Part shown: positions 39,618 to 49,292 of the stretch, piece after piece | How the letters are laid out: every line of letters begins with the position of its first letter | How positions within the stretch are numbered: the first letter of the stretch is position 1 | Source: Leucoraja ocellata | Taxonomy: Eukaryota | Direction: 5' to 3' | NCBI GenBank assembly: GCA_036785375.1 | Contig: JAWMAR010000107.1 | Location: 2,728,001-2,792,000 of the forward strand | Length of the DNA stretch: 64,000 bases | Position numbers and translations under genes: made by a program | The notes under the pieces: generated by a model | What the model was told of the DNA's origin: nothing | The model's database searches: none | Seen by the model: the letters and a program-made list of their open reading frames with translations, nothing else

Positions 39618-41290
39618 CAGGAATGCCAATTCTCATGCATTGAGCGTGAGAATCACGCATTTTGACAAAATTCTCACGCTCTCACGCTGATGATAGAAGT
39701 TCCTACACTCAAAAAAATATTTTAAAATATAAATAAATAAATAAATAAAGCCACACTCCTCCACACTCACCAATGAGAAAAGTTTTCTGTCGGCAGGTTC
39801 CCTGTAAAGAACGAGCAATGGACATATTGGCTTAAGCACACTAATTAAAATGTCAATGTAGACAAAAATGCTGGAGAAACTCAGCAGATGAGGCAGCATC
39901 AATGTCTGAGTTTGACTCTAGTTCAGACTCAAGCATTTCTCCAGTATTTTTGTCAACCGCTCCATAGATGCTGCCTCACCCGCATTCACATTCCCATGCA
40001 GATGGTGTGATAGGTCAGTCAGTTGTGTGTGGGTGCAGGAAGTTGCACCAAAGCAGTCGGCTGCTTTGGTGCCACCTCCTGCACCCACACACAACTGACT
40101 GACTTCATCCACTTCACCACTAACTTCCATCCGGCACTCAAATACACCTAGACCATTTCCGACACTTCCCTACCATTCCTTGACCTCACTATCTCCATCG
40201 CAGGTGATAGACATCTGACCGACATCCACTATAAACCCACTGACTCCCATGGTTATCTGGGCTACACTTCTTCCCACCCTGCTTCCTGTAAGGACTTCAT
40301 CCCCTACTGCGAATTCCTCCATCTACGCCGCATCTGCTCCCAGGATGAGGCGTTCCACACCAGGGCATCTGAAATGTCCTCATTCTTCAGGGAACGGGGG
40401 TTGTCCTCCCCCACCACAGACTAGGCTCGCACCAGGGTCTCTTCCATACCCCGCAACACTGCTCTCTCTCCTCATCTCCCCACTCGCAACAAGGGCAGAG
40501 TCCCCCTCGTCCTCACCTTTCACCCCACCAGCTGTCACATACAACAAGTAATCCTCCGTCAGTTTCGCCACCTCCAACGTGACCCCACCACTTGCCACAT
40601 CTTCCCATCTCCCCCATGTCTGCCTTCCGCAAGGACCACTCCCTCCGTAACTCCTTTGTCAATTCTTCCCTTCCCTCCCGTACTACCCCCTCCCCGGGCA
40701 CTTTCCCTTGCAACCGCAAGAGATGCTACACTTGTCGCTTTACCTCCCCCCTCGACTCCATTCAAGGATCCAAGCAGTCGTTCCAGGTGCGAGAGAGGTT
40801 CACCTGCATCTCCTCCAACCTCATCTATTGCATCCGCTGCTCTAGATATCAGCTGATCGACATCGGTGAGACCAAGCGGAGGCTTGGCGATTGTTTTGCC
40901 GAACACCTCCGCTCGGTCCGCATTAACCAACCTGATCTCCCGGTGGCTCAGCACTTCAACTCCCCCTCCCATACCATATCCGACCTCTCTGTCCTGGGTC
41001 TCCTCCATGGCAAGAGCGAGCACCACCAGAAATTGGAGGAACAGTACCTCATATTCCGCTTGGGGAGTCTGCATCCTGGGGGCATGAACATTGAATTCAA
41101 CCAATTTTGTTAGCCCTTGCTGTCTCCTCCCCTTCCTATCTCTCCCTCAGCTCTCGGGCTCCTCCTCCTCCTTTTTTCCTTTCTTCTCCCTACTGTTGGA
41201 GGGGGGACACCCCCCTCCAACACCCTCCCCCCCCCCCTCGGTCGTTACGCTGCCTCGCAATTTCTCACTCACCCAATGTTGGCAGCCCTG
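39618..41290. mobile_element. hAT-like non-autonomous DNA transposon carrying nested Penelope sequence
   Basis: Imperfect TIRs CAGGAATGCCAA (39618) and TTGGCAGCCCTG (41290). CTATTGCA at 39612-39619 (overlapping the left TIR by 2 nt) and 41291-41298 is an 8-bp TSD. Subterminal TCTCAC repeats. CR1 sequence is continuous across the site. Confidence 0.75.
40059..41185 (+). mobile_element. Penelope-like element (Neptune-type), 5'-truncated: RT C-terminus plus GIY-YIG endonuclease, disrupted
   Basis: ORF piece 40592-41113 has a Cys linker CNRKRCYTC, NLIYCIRC..DIGETKRRL..AEH, PVAQHFN and E..LIFRLGSLHPGGMN. Upstream RT remnant has stops and frameshifts. Confidence 0.9.
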
Positions 41291-41807
41291 CTATTGCAAC
41301 ATTTAACAACACATTTAGACAGGTACATGGATAGGATAGGTTTAGGGGGATATGGGCCAAATGCAGATAGGTGGGACTAGTGTAGACAGGGCATGTTGGT
41401 AGTCTTGGGCAAGTTGGGCCGAAGGGCCTATTTCCATGCTGAATGACTGACTGTGGCTCTATAACTCTACATGTCCTGAGTGACTAAGGAGGTTAAGGAA
41501 ATCAGCATTAGCAAAATAATGGCATTGGGGAAATTAATGTAAATAAAGGCTAATAAATCGCCAGGACCCACAGTAAGATGCATCATACTTGCATTGTCAG
41601 CAGGCTCATGTTCACATTGCCAGAGGGGCCAGGTTTGCATCAGCAGACAGACTGTGTTGGCATTGAGTAGTGGGATGTAACCAAAGATCTTATAGCGGAG
41701 CTATAAGATCTTTGGCTGTAACTGCACTGTCAGAGAAACTGTGTTTGCATTGAGCAGTGTGCTGTAGCTGCACTGTCACACAGACTGTGTTTGCATTGTC
41801 AGGTGAG

Positions 41808-42346
41808 ACAGTTCCTGAGGAGACTGAAGAAGGTCCATCTGTCTCCTCAGATCCTGGTGAACTTCTACTGCTGCACCATCGAGAGCATCCTTACCAACTG
41901 TATCACAGTATGGTATGGTAACTGCTCTGTCTCCGACCGGAAAGCACTGCAGAGGGTGGTGAAAATTGCCCAACGCATCACCGGTTCCTCGCTCCCCTCC
42001 ATTGAGTCTGTCCAAAGCAAGCGCTGTCTGCGGAGGGCGCTCAGCATCGCCAAGGACTGCTCTCACCCCAACCATGGACTGTTTACCCTCCTACCATCCG
42101 GGAGGCGCTACAGGTCTCTCCGTTTCTTCCCTGCGGCTGTCACACTGCTCAACAATGTGCCTCGGTGACTGCCAATCACCCCGCAACCCCCCACCCCCAA
42201 CCCATCCGGACACTCCTCCCACAGGAAAAACACTATGTCTGTATACATGTAAATAGATTTATTTATTGAAATCATATTCTATGTCGCTCTTCCAGGGAGA
42301 TGCTAACTGCATTTCGTTGTCTCTGTACTGTACACTGACAATGACA
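41808..42346 (+). mobile_element. Rex1/Babar-type LINE 3' fragment (host of the DIRS; tail resumes at 47141-47152)
   Basis: FLRRLKK..FYCCTIESILTNCITVWYGNCS..LQRVVKIAQRITG..LPSI..HP..LFTLLPSGRRYRS is a typical Rex1 RT C-terminus. Confidence 0.88.
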
Positions 42347-42373
42347 ATTTTACTTCGGAGTCACGTGAGTGAC

Positions 42374-42409
42374 TACGTGAAGAACCCACCCAGCGCGCAG
42401 GCGCGGCAT
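42374..42409 (+). repeat. DIRS left inverted terminal repeat
   Basis: TACGTGAAGAACCCACCCAGCGCGCAGGCGCGGCAT is the exact reverse complement of 47032-47067. Confidence 0.93.
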
Positions 42410-42522
42410 TACGTCAGCAGTGCAACAGCGGCAGCAGCTGGAGCCAGGCTCTCCAGCTGCAGCATAAAGACGAGACCTCAGGTAAGTGCCTTTTTTGTTT
42501 CAGAGTCGCGCTAGAGAGAATA

Positions 42523-43734
42523 ATGGCCTCTCGCAAGCGACCAGCCAGGAGGACTGCCTGCCCTACTCCACCCGAGGACGGGTCCATAGCGGGACGGCAG
42601 CCTCTCGCAGCGGAGGAGCTTTTTCAACGCTCCCGCTCACCCGACACCGAGCCGCCCCCAGTGCTGCAAATCTCAACGCCCCGCACAGGGAGGAAGGCGA
42701 CACAGAAAACCGACCGGCCGGTGTCCTCCGATGATTCGGAGGAACGGGAACACTCTCCCCCACCGAAAAGGGGAGACGCTCGGATAAGCTGCATGAGGCA
42801 GCTCCTCGAACGTATGATTAATGAGGAGATGCGGCATCTCCCAGGAGGACGGGCTTTGGCCTCCTCCTCTCCACACCCTTCTGTACCCTCTATATTCGAG
42901 GGCAGTAAGGGAGGCCAGGACTGGGCTGGCCTATCCCAAGGGCAGGCGGAGGATATCGTCAGCATGCCGGGCGTGCCGGAAGAAGAGCTACTGGGTGTAG
43001 TGGGCCGATATGCGGCACCACCAACAACTGGGATGGTGTTGCCACCCAGAATGGCGGCAACTATAAACAGGCTGTCCAACAACCCGCTGCAGGACAAGGC
43101 TGTCCAGCAGGCCCTTGACAACTACATCGCGCCCGAAAATTGCGAGGCGCTGAGGGTCAAGACGGTAAATGGGCAGATCTGGAACCAGCTGGGGCAGCAC
43201 ATAAGGGCTCAGGAGGTCAAAATGCAGCGAGTCCTGAAGCTACACTCAGCAGCCGTCACCGCCTTTGCTCGGTCAGTTGGGGAGGAAGACCTGACCATAC
43301 CCCAGCAAGATGCCCTCGCACTGATGTGCGGCACCACGTACGAGCTAAACAACCTACGGCGGGACAACATCAGGCCTGCCCTCAACCCAACATATGCGGG
43401 CCTCTGTAAAGCTCCAGCGCCCGAACGACAGGCGCTGCTATTTGGTGCGGATCTGGCCAAAAGGCTCAAGGAGTTGGAAGAGGCGGCAAAACCAGTAGGC
43501 CTCATGAGGGCAGGGCCAGGACCGAGCAGGGCGAAGACACCCAGTTGGCCGCACGCCTCGGCAGCCACCAGCAGATACCGAGCTGGTGAAAGCCTGGTGA
43601 CCGCCTCCCACTACCCCCAGTGCTCTTTTTTAGAGCGGGGCCCAGGGCGGAGCCGTGGGAAGATGCGCCGCCCCACCGCAGCACCAACACGGACAACCTT
43701 GGGCCAGACCCACCGGAAACGACCCCACAAGTGA
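42523..43734 (+). CDS. DIRS ORF1, Gag-like protein (403 aa)
   Basis: ATG-initiated uninterrupted ORF, first in the element. Low-complexity N-terminus, central PENCEALRVKTVNGQIW segment resembling DIRS Gag-like proteins, basic C-terminus. Confidence 0.85.
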   Translation: MASRKRPARRTACPTPPEDGSIAGRQPLAAEELFQRSRSPDTEPPPVLQISTPRTGRKATQKTDRPVSSDDSEEREHSPPPKRGDARISCMRQLLERMINEEMRHLPGGRALASSSPHPSVPSIFEGSKGGQDWAGLSQGQAEDIVSMPGVPEEELLGVVGRYAAPPTTGMVLPPRMAATINRLSNNPLQDKAVQQALDNYIAPENCEALRVKTVNGQIWNQLGQHIRAQEVKMQRVLKLHSAAVTAFARSVGEEDLTIPQQDALALMCGTTYELNNLRRDNIRPALNPTYAGLCKAPAPERQALLFGADLAKRLKELEEAAKPVGLMRAGPGPSRAKTPSWPHASAATSRYRAGESLVTASHYPQCSFLERGPGRSRGKMRRPTAAPTRTTLGQTHRKRPHK

Positions 43735-43736
43735 AC

Positions 43737-45671
43737 ATGGAGGTAGGTGGGTCTGGTTCCTGTCAACATACACAGACAAAGGGTGTAGTATTAACAGGGG
43801 GACGTTTGAGGTTCTTCAAGCATGTTTGGTGCTCCCTTACTAACAATCAGTTTATACTCAACAGTATTAGTGGATACAAGATTGAATTCAAACCAGGCGT
43901 AGAACCGCCAGTTCAGCACATGCCCCAAAGGGTGTTCCTTCCCTCGGCAGTTGAGAAGGTAGAAGGACAAGCTGAACTTGATCGGCTCGTGGCTAAAGGC
44001 ATCATAGAAATGACCACACACGAGCCGCAAGAATTTGTATCAAATATTTTTCTCAAAACTAAAAAAGATGGTGGATGTCGCATTATTATTGATCTGACAT
44101 CACTTAATCAGTCTGTTGAGTATCAACATTTCAAAATGGAGACATTTGTCACTGCCAGACAACTGATCTCCAAGGGATACTACATGGCAAGCATAGATAT
44201 CAAAGATGCTTACTATTTGGTACCCATTCATAAAGATTACTTTAAATATCTGAAATTTATCTGGAGGGGCCAGCTATGGCAGTACCGAGCTTTGCCCAAT
44301 GGTTTAACGACAGCTCCCAGACTATTTACGAAAATTCTTAAAGTGGCCATGAAGAAATTGAGAGAATTAAAACATTTAGTAGTGGCCTATCTGGACGATG
44401 TTCTCATATTAGGAAGAACACGGGATCAAGCTGTCGCAGGAGTGTTAGCCACTAAACGACTCCTTGAAACTTTGGGTTTTATCCTCCACCCAGATAAATC
44501 AATATTGGAGCCTACTACTAACATGGATTACTTAGGCTTCACTATTGACACGATTCACATGACTGTCACTCTGCCCAGAAACAAAACAGTTTCACTCATT
44601 GAAGCTTGTAGCCATTTAATTGCCACACCGCAACCTAGAATACGGCATGTAGCCAGAGTTATTGGCTCTATAGTAGCAGCATTTCCGGCTGCCCAACATG
44701 GGCCCTTGCATTATCAAAATCTCCAAAGAGCAAGGACTCATGCATTACGCCTTCATAGGGGGCATTATGATCGCAAAATGGATTTACCCGCTGAAGCCAA
44801 ATTAGAACTTCAGTGGTGGGTTGACAATATTTGGCACAGTCACAGTCCTATCACCGTAACCAATCCTAACATAACCATTGCAACGGATGCCAGTGCTTTA
44901 GGCTGGGGAGCTACTAACTCCAAAGACAGCACAGGTGGCAGATGGACTAATTCAGAGGCATCGCTACTACACTCACTGGGCATTAACTTTTTGGAAATGC
45001 TCGCCGCCTTTTATGGGCTAAAAGCATATGCATCTGGTATGCGACACGTGCATGTTAGAATTATGATCGACAACACTACGGCAGTATCTTATATCCAGCA
45101 CATGGGTGGCATTAAATCAGTATCATGCGACAAATTAACTGCTATAATCTGGCAATGGTGTGTCGAGAGACATATTTGGCTATCAGCTGCCTATTTACCA
45201 GGCAAGCTAAATTTAGTGGCGGACACCAGGTCACGAAAATTCAACGACAACATCGAATGGATGTTGGACCCAAAATCATTTGCTAAAATTATCAAGCAAT
45301 ATGGTACGCCAGATATAGATTTGTTTGCGTCTAGGTTAAATCACCAACTACCCATGTATGTGGCTTGGGAACCAGACCCAGAGGCAGCAGCGGTAGATGC
45401 CTTCACGCTGGACTGGGGAAATTTCTTTTTCTATGCTTTCCCTCCCTTCTGCCTCATCAGTCGGGTACTCCAGAAAATTCAGGCAGACTCAGCCTCTGGC
45501 ATTCTGGTCGTGCCCGACTGGCCTACCCAACCATGGTTCCCAATGTTCCACGACATGGTGGTAGAGACACCAATGGTCCTTCAACACCACCCCCAATTAT
45601 TGACTCACCCGGTAACTGGCATTAGCCATCCATGCCACCAAAAATTGAAACTCCTGGTTTCCAGATTTTGA
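43737..45671 (+). CDS. DIRS ORF2: reverse transcriptase / RNase H / DAM-like methyltransferase domain
   Basis: Frame open from 43620; first ATG at 43737, 2 nt after the ORF1 stop. RT motifs IDIKDAY, LPNGLTTAPRLFTK, YLDD, YLGF. RNase H motifs TDAS..GWGA, NFLEMLA, DNTTA, ADTRSR. C-terminal DLFAS...DAF..DW...YAFPPF...VPDWPTQPW. Confidence 0.95.
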   Translation: MEVGGSGSCQHTQTKGVVLTGGRLRFFKHVWCSLTNNQFILNSISGYKIEFKPGVEPPVQHMPQRVFLPSAVEKVEGQAELDRLVAKGIIEMTTHEPQEFVSNIFLKTKKDGGCRIIIDLTSLNQSVEYQHFKMETFVTARQLISKGYYMASIDIKDAYYLVPIHKDYFKYLKFIWRGQLWQYRALPNGLTTAPRLFTKILKVAMKKLRELKHLVVAYLDDVLILGRTRDQAVAGVLATKRLLETLGFILHPDKSILEPTTNMDYLGFTIDTIHMTVTLPRNKTVSLIEACSHLIATPQPRIRHVARVIGSIVAAFPAAQHGPLHYQNLQRARTHALRLHRGHYDRKMDLPAEAKLELQWWVDNIWHSHSPITVTNPNITIATDASALGWGATNSKDSTGGRWTNSEASLLHSLGINFLEMLAAFYGLKAYASGMRHVHVRIMIDNTTAVSYIQHMGGIKSVSCDKLTAIIWQWCVERHIWLSAAYLPGKLNLVADTRSRKFNDNIEWMLDPKSFAKIIKQYGTPDIDLFASRLNHQLPMYVAWEPDPEAAAVDAFTLDWGNFFFYAFPPFCLISRVLQKIQADSASGILVVPDWPTQPWFPMFHDMVVETPMVLQHHPQLLTHPVTGISHPCHQKLKLLVSRF

Positions 45672-46642
45672 ACAGGCCTTACCGGGGATTGGGGTTATCA
45701 GACAGAACAATCACCACCATGTCGGCATCCCTGCGAGTTTCCACCAAGAAACAGTACCTGACCTTCATCAGGAAATGGGAACAGTACTGTCTGGACGCAG
45801 GGACATCCTACACGACGACTTCGATCTCGGATGTGCTGGAGTTCCTGGCCCACCTGCACCATGATCTCAAGATGAGCTACAGTGCCATCAACACGGCTCG
45901 GAGCGCACTGTCCGCATATCTAATGCCGATAGAACAGCATAGTGTGGGATCCCACCCTCTAGTCATCAGACTCCTTAAGGGGATCTTTAATACCAAACCC
46001 CCTACACCTAGATACACTCACATGTGGGATGTGAGTGTGGTTCTCACACACCTTCGAGGTTGGCCTCCGGTGGGATCCCTGAGCCTGGAACAGGCCACTT
46101 ACAAAACCCTCATGCTCATGGCGCTTGTCTCAGCTCAAAGGGTCCAGTCGCTCCATCAGCTTAATCTAAACTACATGGTGACCACCCCAGATACCATTAC
46201 TTTCACTATGCCGGGGTTGGTAAAACAAAGTAGACCAGGTACATCAAACTCCCCGATGATCTTCCGGGCTTACCCTCCAGAACCTAGGCTGTGTGTGGTG
46301 ACCCACCTTCAACATTATCTAGACACAACCCAAACGCTAAGAGGGAGAGAGAAAGCCTTATGGGTTAGCCACAGGAAGCCTTTTGGACGGGTAACCAGCC
46401 AAACATTATCCAGATGGTTGAAACAGGTCCTCAGCATGGCAGGGATTAACACTAATGTTTTTAAATCCCATTCAACCAGGGCAGCGTCCACCTCAGCGGC
46501 GGATAGGATGCAGGTTCCCCTCGACCACATCCTCAGGGCAGCGGGATGGTCAAGGGAATCGACATTCCAACGATTTTACAACAAACCGCTGATGGAACAG
46601 GACGTCTTTGCGGATACTGTTTTACAAACCGCAAAGTTATGA
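45632..46642 (+). CDS. DIRS ORF3: tyrosine recombinase (phage-integrase family)
   Basis: 336-aa ORF overlapping ORF2 by 40 nt. N-terminal SAM-like part (SYSAINTARSALS). Catalytic R (SAQR), HxxR (HSTR), W (AAGW) and Y (FQRFY). Alternative start at ATG 45719 (ACCACCATG). Confidence 0.95.
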   Translation: MPPKIETPGFQILNRPYRGLGLSDRTITTMSASLRVSTKKQYLTFIRKWEQYCLDAGTSYTTTSISDVLEFLAHLHHDLKMSYSAINTARSALSAYLMPIEQHSVGSHPLVIRLLKGIFNTKPPTPRYTHMWDVSVVLTHLRGWPPVGSLSLEQATYKTLMLMALVSAQRVQSLHQLNLNYMVTTPDTITFTMPGLVKQSRPGTSNSPMIFRAYPPEPRLCVVTHLQHYLDTTQTLRGREKALWVSHRKPFGRVTSQTLSRWLKQVLSMAGINTNVFKSHSTRAASTSAADRMQVPLDHILRAAGWSRESTFQRFYNKPLMEQDVFADTVLQTAKL

Positions 46643-46804
46643 TTTAAAGCCCATGGGAGCTATTTTGTTTTTGTTATAGTTAATAAATATTTCTTTTATA
46701 ACTAAACAAACTTGTTGGTCTCTAGCTACCACTTCCTCCCTCGATGACCTTTCGGCAGTGAGTGATATAACTGTTACACGGTTTGAAATCACAGACCTTT
46801 GAAG

Positions 46805-46917
46805 TCTTCACGTAGTCACTCACGTGACTCCGAAGTAAAATAGTAAGATTAAACGAGTACTTACCAGTACGAAGTTTGATCTGTATTTTATGAGGAGTTA
46901 CGATGAGGGATTACGTG
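46805..46917 (+). repeat. DIRS internal complementary region (ICR)
   Basis: 46805-46841 is the reverse complement of 42347-42383 (37/37). 46839-46917 is the reverse complement of 47062-47140 (79/79). The two halves overlap at AAT. Confidence 0.95.
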
Positions 46918-47031
46918 CCCTCCGCTCCCACCCTCATTATATAGATCAAATTCGGACTAATGTCTCGTTGGTCTTCACTATCTTTACTTCAACTAGTGTC
47001 TATCTGTGATTCCACACCGCTGCTTGGAAGT

Positions 47032-47067
47032 ATGCCGCGCCTGCGCGCTGGGTGGGTTCTTCACGTA
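47032..47067 (-). repeat. DIRS right inverted terminal repeat
   Basis: 36/36 reverse complement of 42374-42409, followed by the right-end extension to 47140. Confidence 0.93.
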
Positions 47068-48004
47068 ATCCCTCATCGTAACTCCTCATAAAATACAGAT
47101 CAAACTTCGTACTGGTAAGTACTCGTTTAATCTTACTATTAAAGTTGAATCTGGGGTTTATAATAGCAGAGGGATTGTGCCTGCAATGGCAGAGAGATAG
47201 AAATTTGTACTGTCAGAGGAACATTGTCAAGTGGACTGGGTTTGTATTATGAGAAGGAACGTGTTTGAGTTGTTGCGTGAACTGTGTTTGTACTGTCAAA
47301 TGGTCAGTGTTTTGTGCTGCCCGACCACTGGTGCTTGCGTATCAACATGCTGTTATTACCCGATCATGAGTACACTCCACATCGACCTTGCTTGTATTGT
47401 CTGATGGACTGTGCTGTGCCAGATAACCAGATTAAAGTGTTTGCTTGCTGACCCCCACCGCTCAAATATTTCTGCCAACTCTGCAAGGTCAGAGCATAGA
47501 TGTTCTCAGTGAGGTTACCGTTTGCTCTGTGTAAATTGGTTGGCATATTAACTGGCCAGCACCAGGAAATACATTTCAAAAGGTGTTTGTTGGAGGGAAA
47601 TCTTTCTGGGACATACTGAAACATAATGCAGATTTTACTTTCCACCTTATTCTTCCTTTAGAAATGGATTCTCTGAATACCTTCGGGGGGGTCACTGATG
47701 AAAGGTAAACCTCCATTAAAAGACAGCCGTTTTCAAAGGGCTTGATACATTAAAAGGACTGCCATTAAAGGGACATCCCCATTATAGGTGTGCCAATCTT
47801 AAAAGGGTAGTTCCATTAATAGAGGGCCATAAATAAAAACACACAACTGTTTGTGTTGGTCCCTAATGTAAGGACATTTGAATTGGCGCCTACATGTAGT
47901 GTAATCTTGCTGCACGTGTGGGATTCAGCAACATTAACCTCTGTGTTATAATTGAAACAAACATTGTGCTCATTTGGGAACACCCTTTTTTAATATATAG
48001 TACA

Positions 48005-48210
48005 GCACACTCGCACAGACAGACACACACACACGCACGCGTGCACACATACATACATACGCTCACTTGTGCGCATGCATACACATGTGGGTACATGCAT
48101 GCCCATGCACACATGCACAAACACACATACACATGCACACACATATGTGTGCATATACACGCACACGCTGCACATGCACCCACACACAGCACGAACGCAG
48201 GCACAAACAC
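48005..48210. repeat. Degenerate (CA/TA/CG)n microsatellite
   Basis: Alternating purine-pyrimidine tract. Confidence 0.85.
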
Positions 48211-48914
48211 AAAGTTGGAACAGATTTCCCCAATGTTCATCCCATTCTATCTCCTCCATCTCCATTGCTTTGCCCCACGGCCACAGCATGTAAAACAGAT
48301 CGCTTACCCACATTCCCTTCCATCTACATCCTTTCCTCTGGCCTCACAATTCAAGCCTCGCTCTCTTTATCTCACAGCCTGGTCACCTCTCGCCTTTGTC
48401 CACCCATCAGCCAACCAATCCCACTCACATGTATCCACTTATCGCTTGCCCAGCTTTGTCCCCACCAACCTCGCTTCCAGTTTTTTCCCCTCTACTAATA
48501 CTAATTTGAAGAAGAGTGCAGACCCAGAGCGTCACATATCCGTGTTCTCCAGAGATGTTGCCTGATTAGTTGAGTTACTTCAACACTTAAATGTTCTGCT
48601 TTATTTGCTGGTCAGTTGGCAAAAAGACTTGTTTTCACCTTGATTAAGTAGTTCCATGTCCTTGGTTTGCTCTTGTTTTGTTACTTCAGGTTACTCATTC
48701 ATTTACATTGTGAGATCCGTTTCCTTAGTCTGATTAGATTCATGTTTTCCAAGTAATATGACCAGTCCTACATAATCTCAGTCCCTCCCATTGCTGTGAG
48801 CAAGTGGTCAGATTAACATCCAGACCACTGTCTGAATGTCATTTAAACTTCAGTGTTGTCTTTGTTTTTTTCACCCTCTTCGAATTAACCCACTTTGGAC
48901 CCTGAGGAACCCTG

Positions 48915-49292
48915 TCATAGAGTCACAGTGTCATAGAGTCATACAGTATGGAAAGAGGCCCTCGGCCCAACTTGCCCACACCTACCAACATGTCCCCTCC
49001 ACACTAGTCCCACCTGTCTGCGTTTGGCCCTTCTAAACCTGTCCTATCCACACACCTGTCTAATTGTTTCTTATACGTTGCAATAGTCCCTGCCTCGACT
49101 ACTTCCTCCAGCAGCTCGTTCCATACACCCACCACACTTTGTGTCAAAACGTTACCCCTAGATTCCTATTAAATCTTTCCCCCTTCAGCTTAAACCTATG
49201 TTCTCTGGTTCTCGATTCCCCTACTCTGGCCAAGAGACACCGTACGTCCACCCGATCTATTCCTCTCATGATTTTAGACACCTCTATAAGAT
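48915..49292 (-). mobile_element. CR1-type LINE 3' end
   Basis: Reverse-complement homology to 50580-50950. Confidence 0.82.

Larger units (their letters stand above)
42347..47140 (+). mobile_element. Full-length DIRS1-like tyrosine-recombinase retrotransposon (~4.8 kb), apparently intact
   Basis: Three long open ORFs (Gag-like, RT-RH-MT, YR). 36-bp perfect ITRs at 42374-42409 and 47032-47067. ICR 46805-46917 is the exact reverse complement of the joined right and left termini. ATT at both ends; removing the element restores a Rex-type tail ATGACA-ATT-AAAGTTGAATCTG. Confidence 0.96.

Noticed and set aside
42624-43568. Antisense ORFs within DIRS ORF1
   Set aside because: Expected shadow ORFs of a GC-rich coding region; no motifs.
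45632-46642. Prophage or bacterial integrase (contamination)
   Set aside because: Embedded in DIRS architecture with RT, ITRs and ICR, and flanked by vertebrate repeats.
47890-48565. His/Thr- or Cys/Val-rich ORFs
   Set aside because: Read-through of a CA-type microsatellite and an old Penelope UTR.
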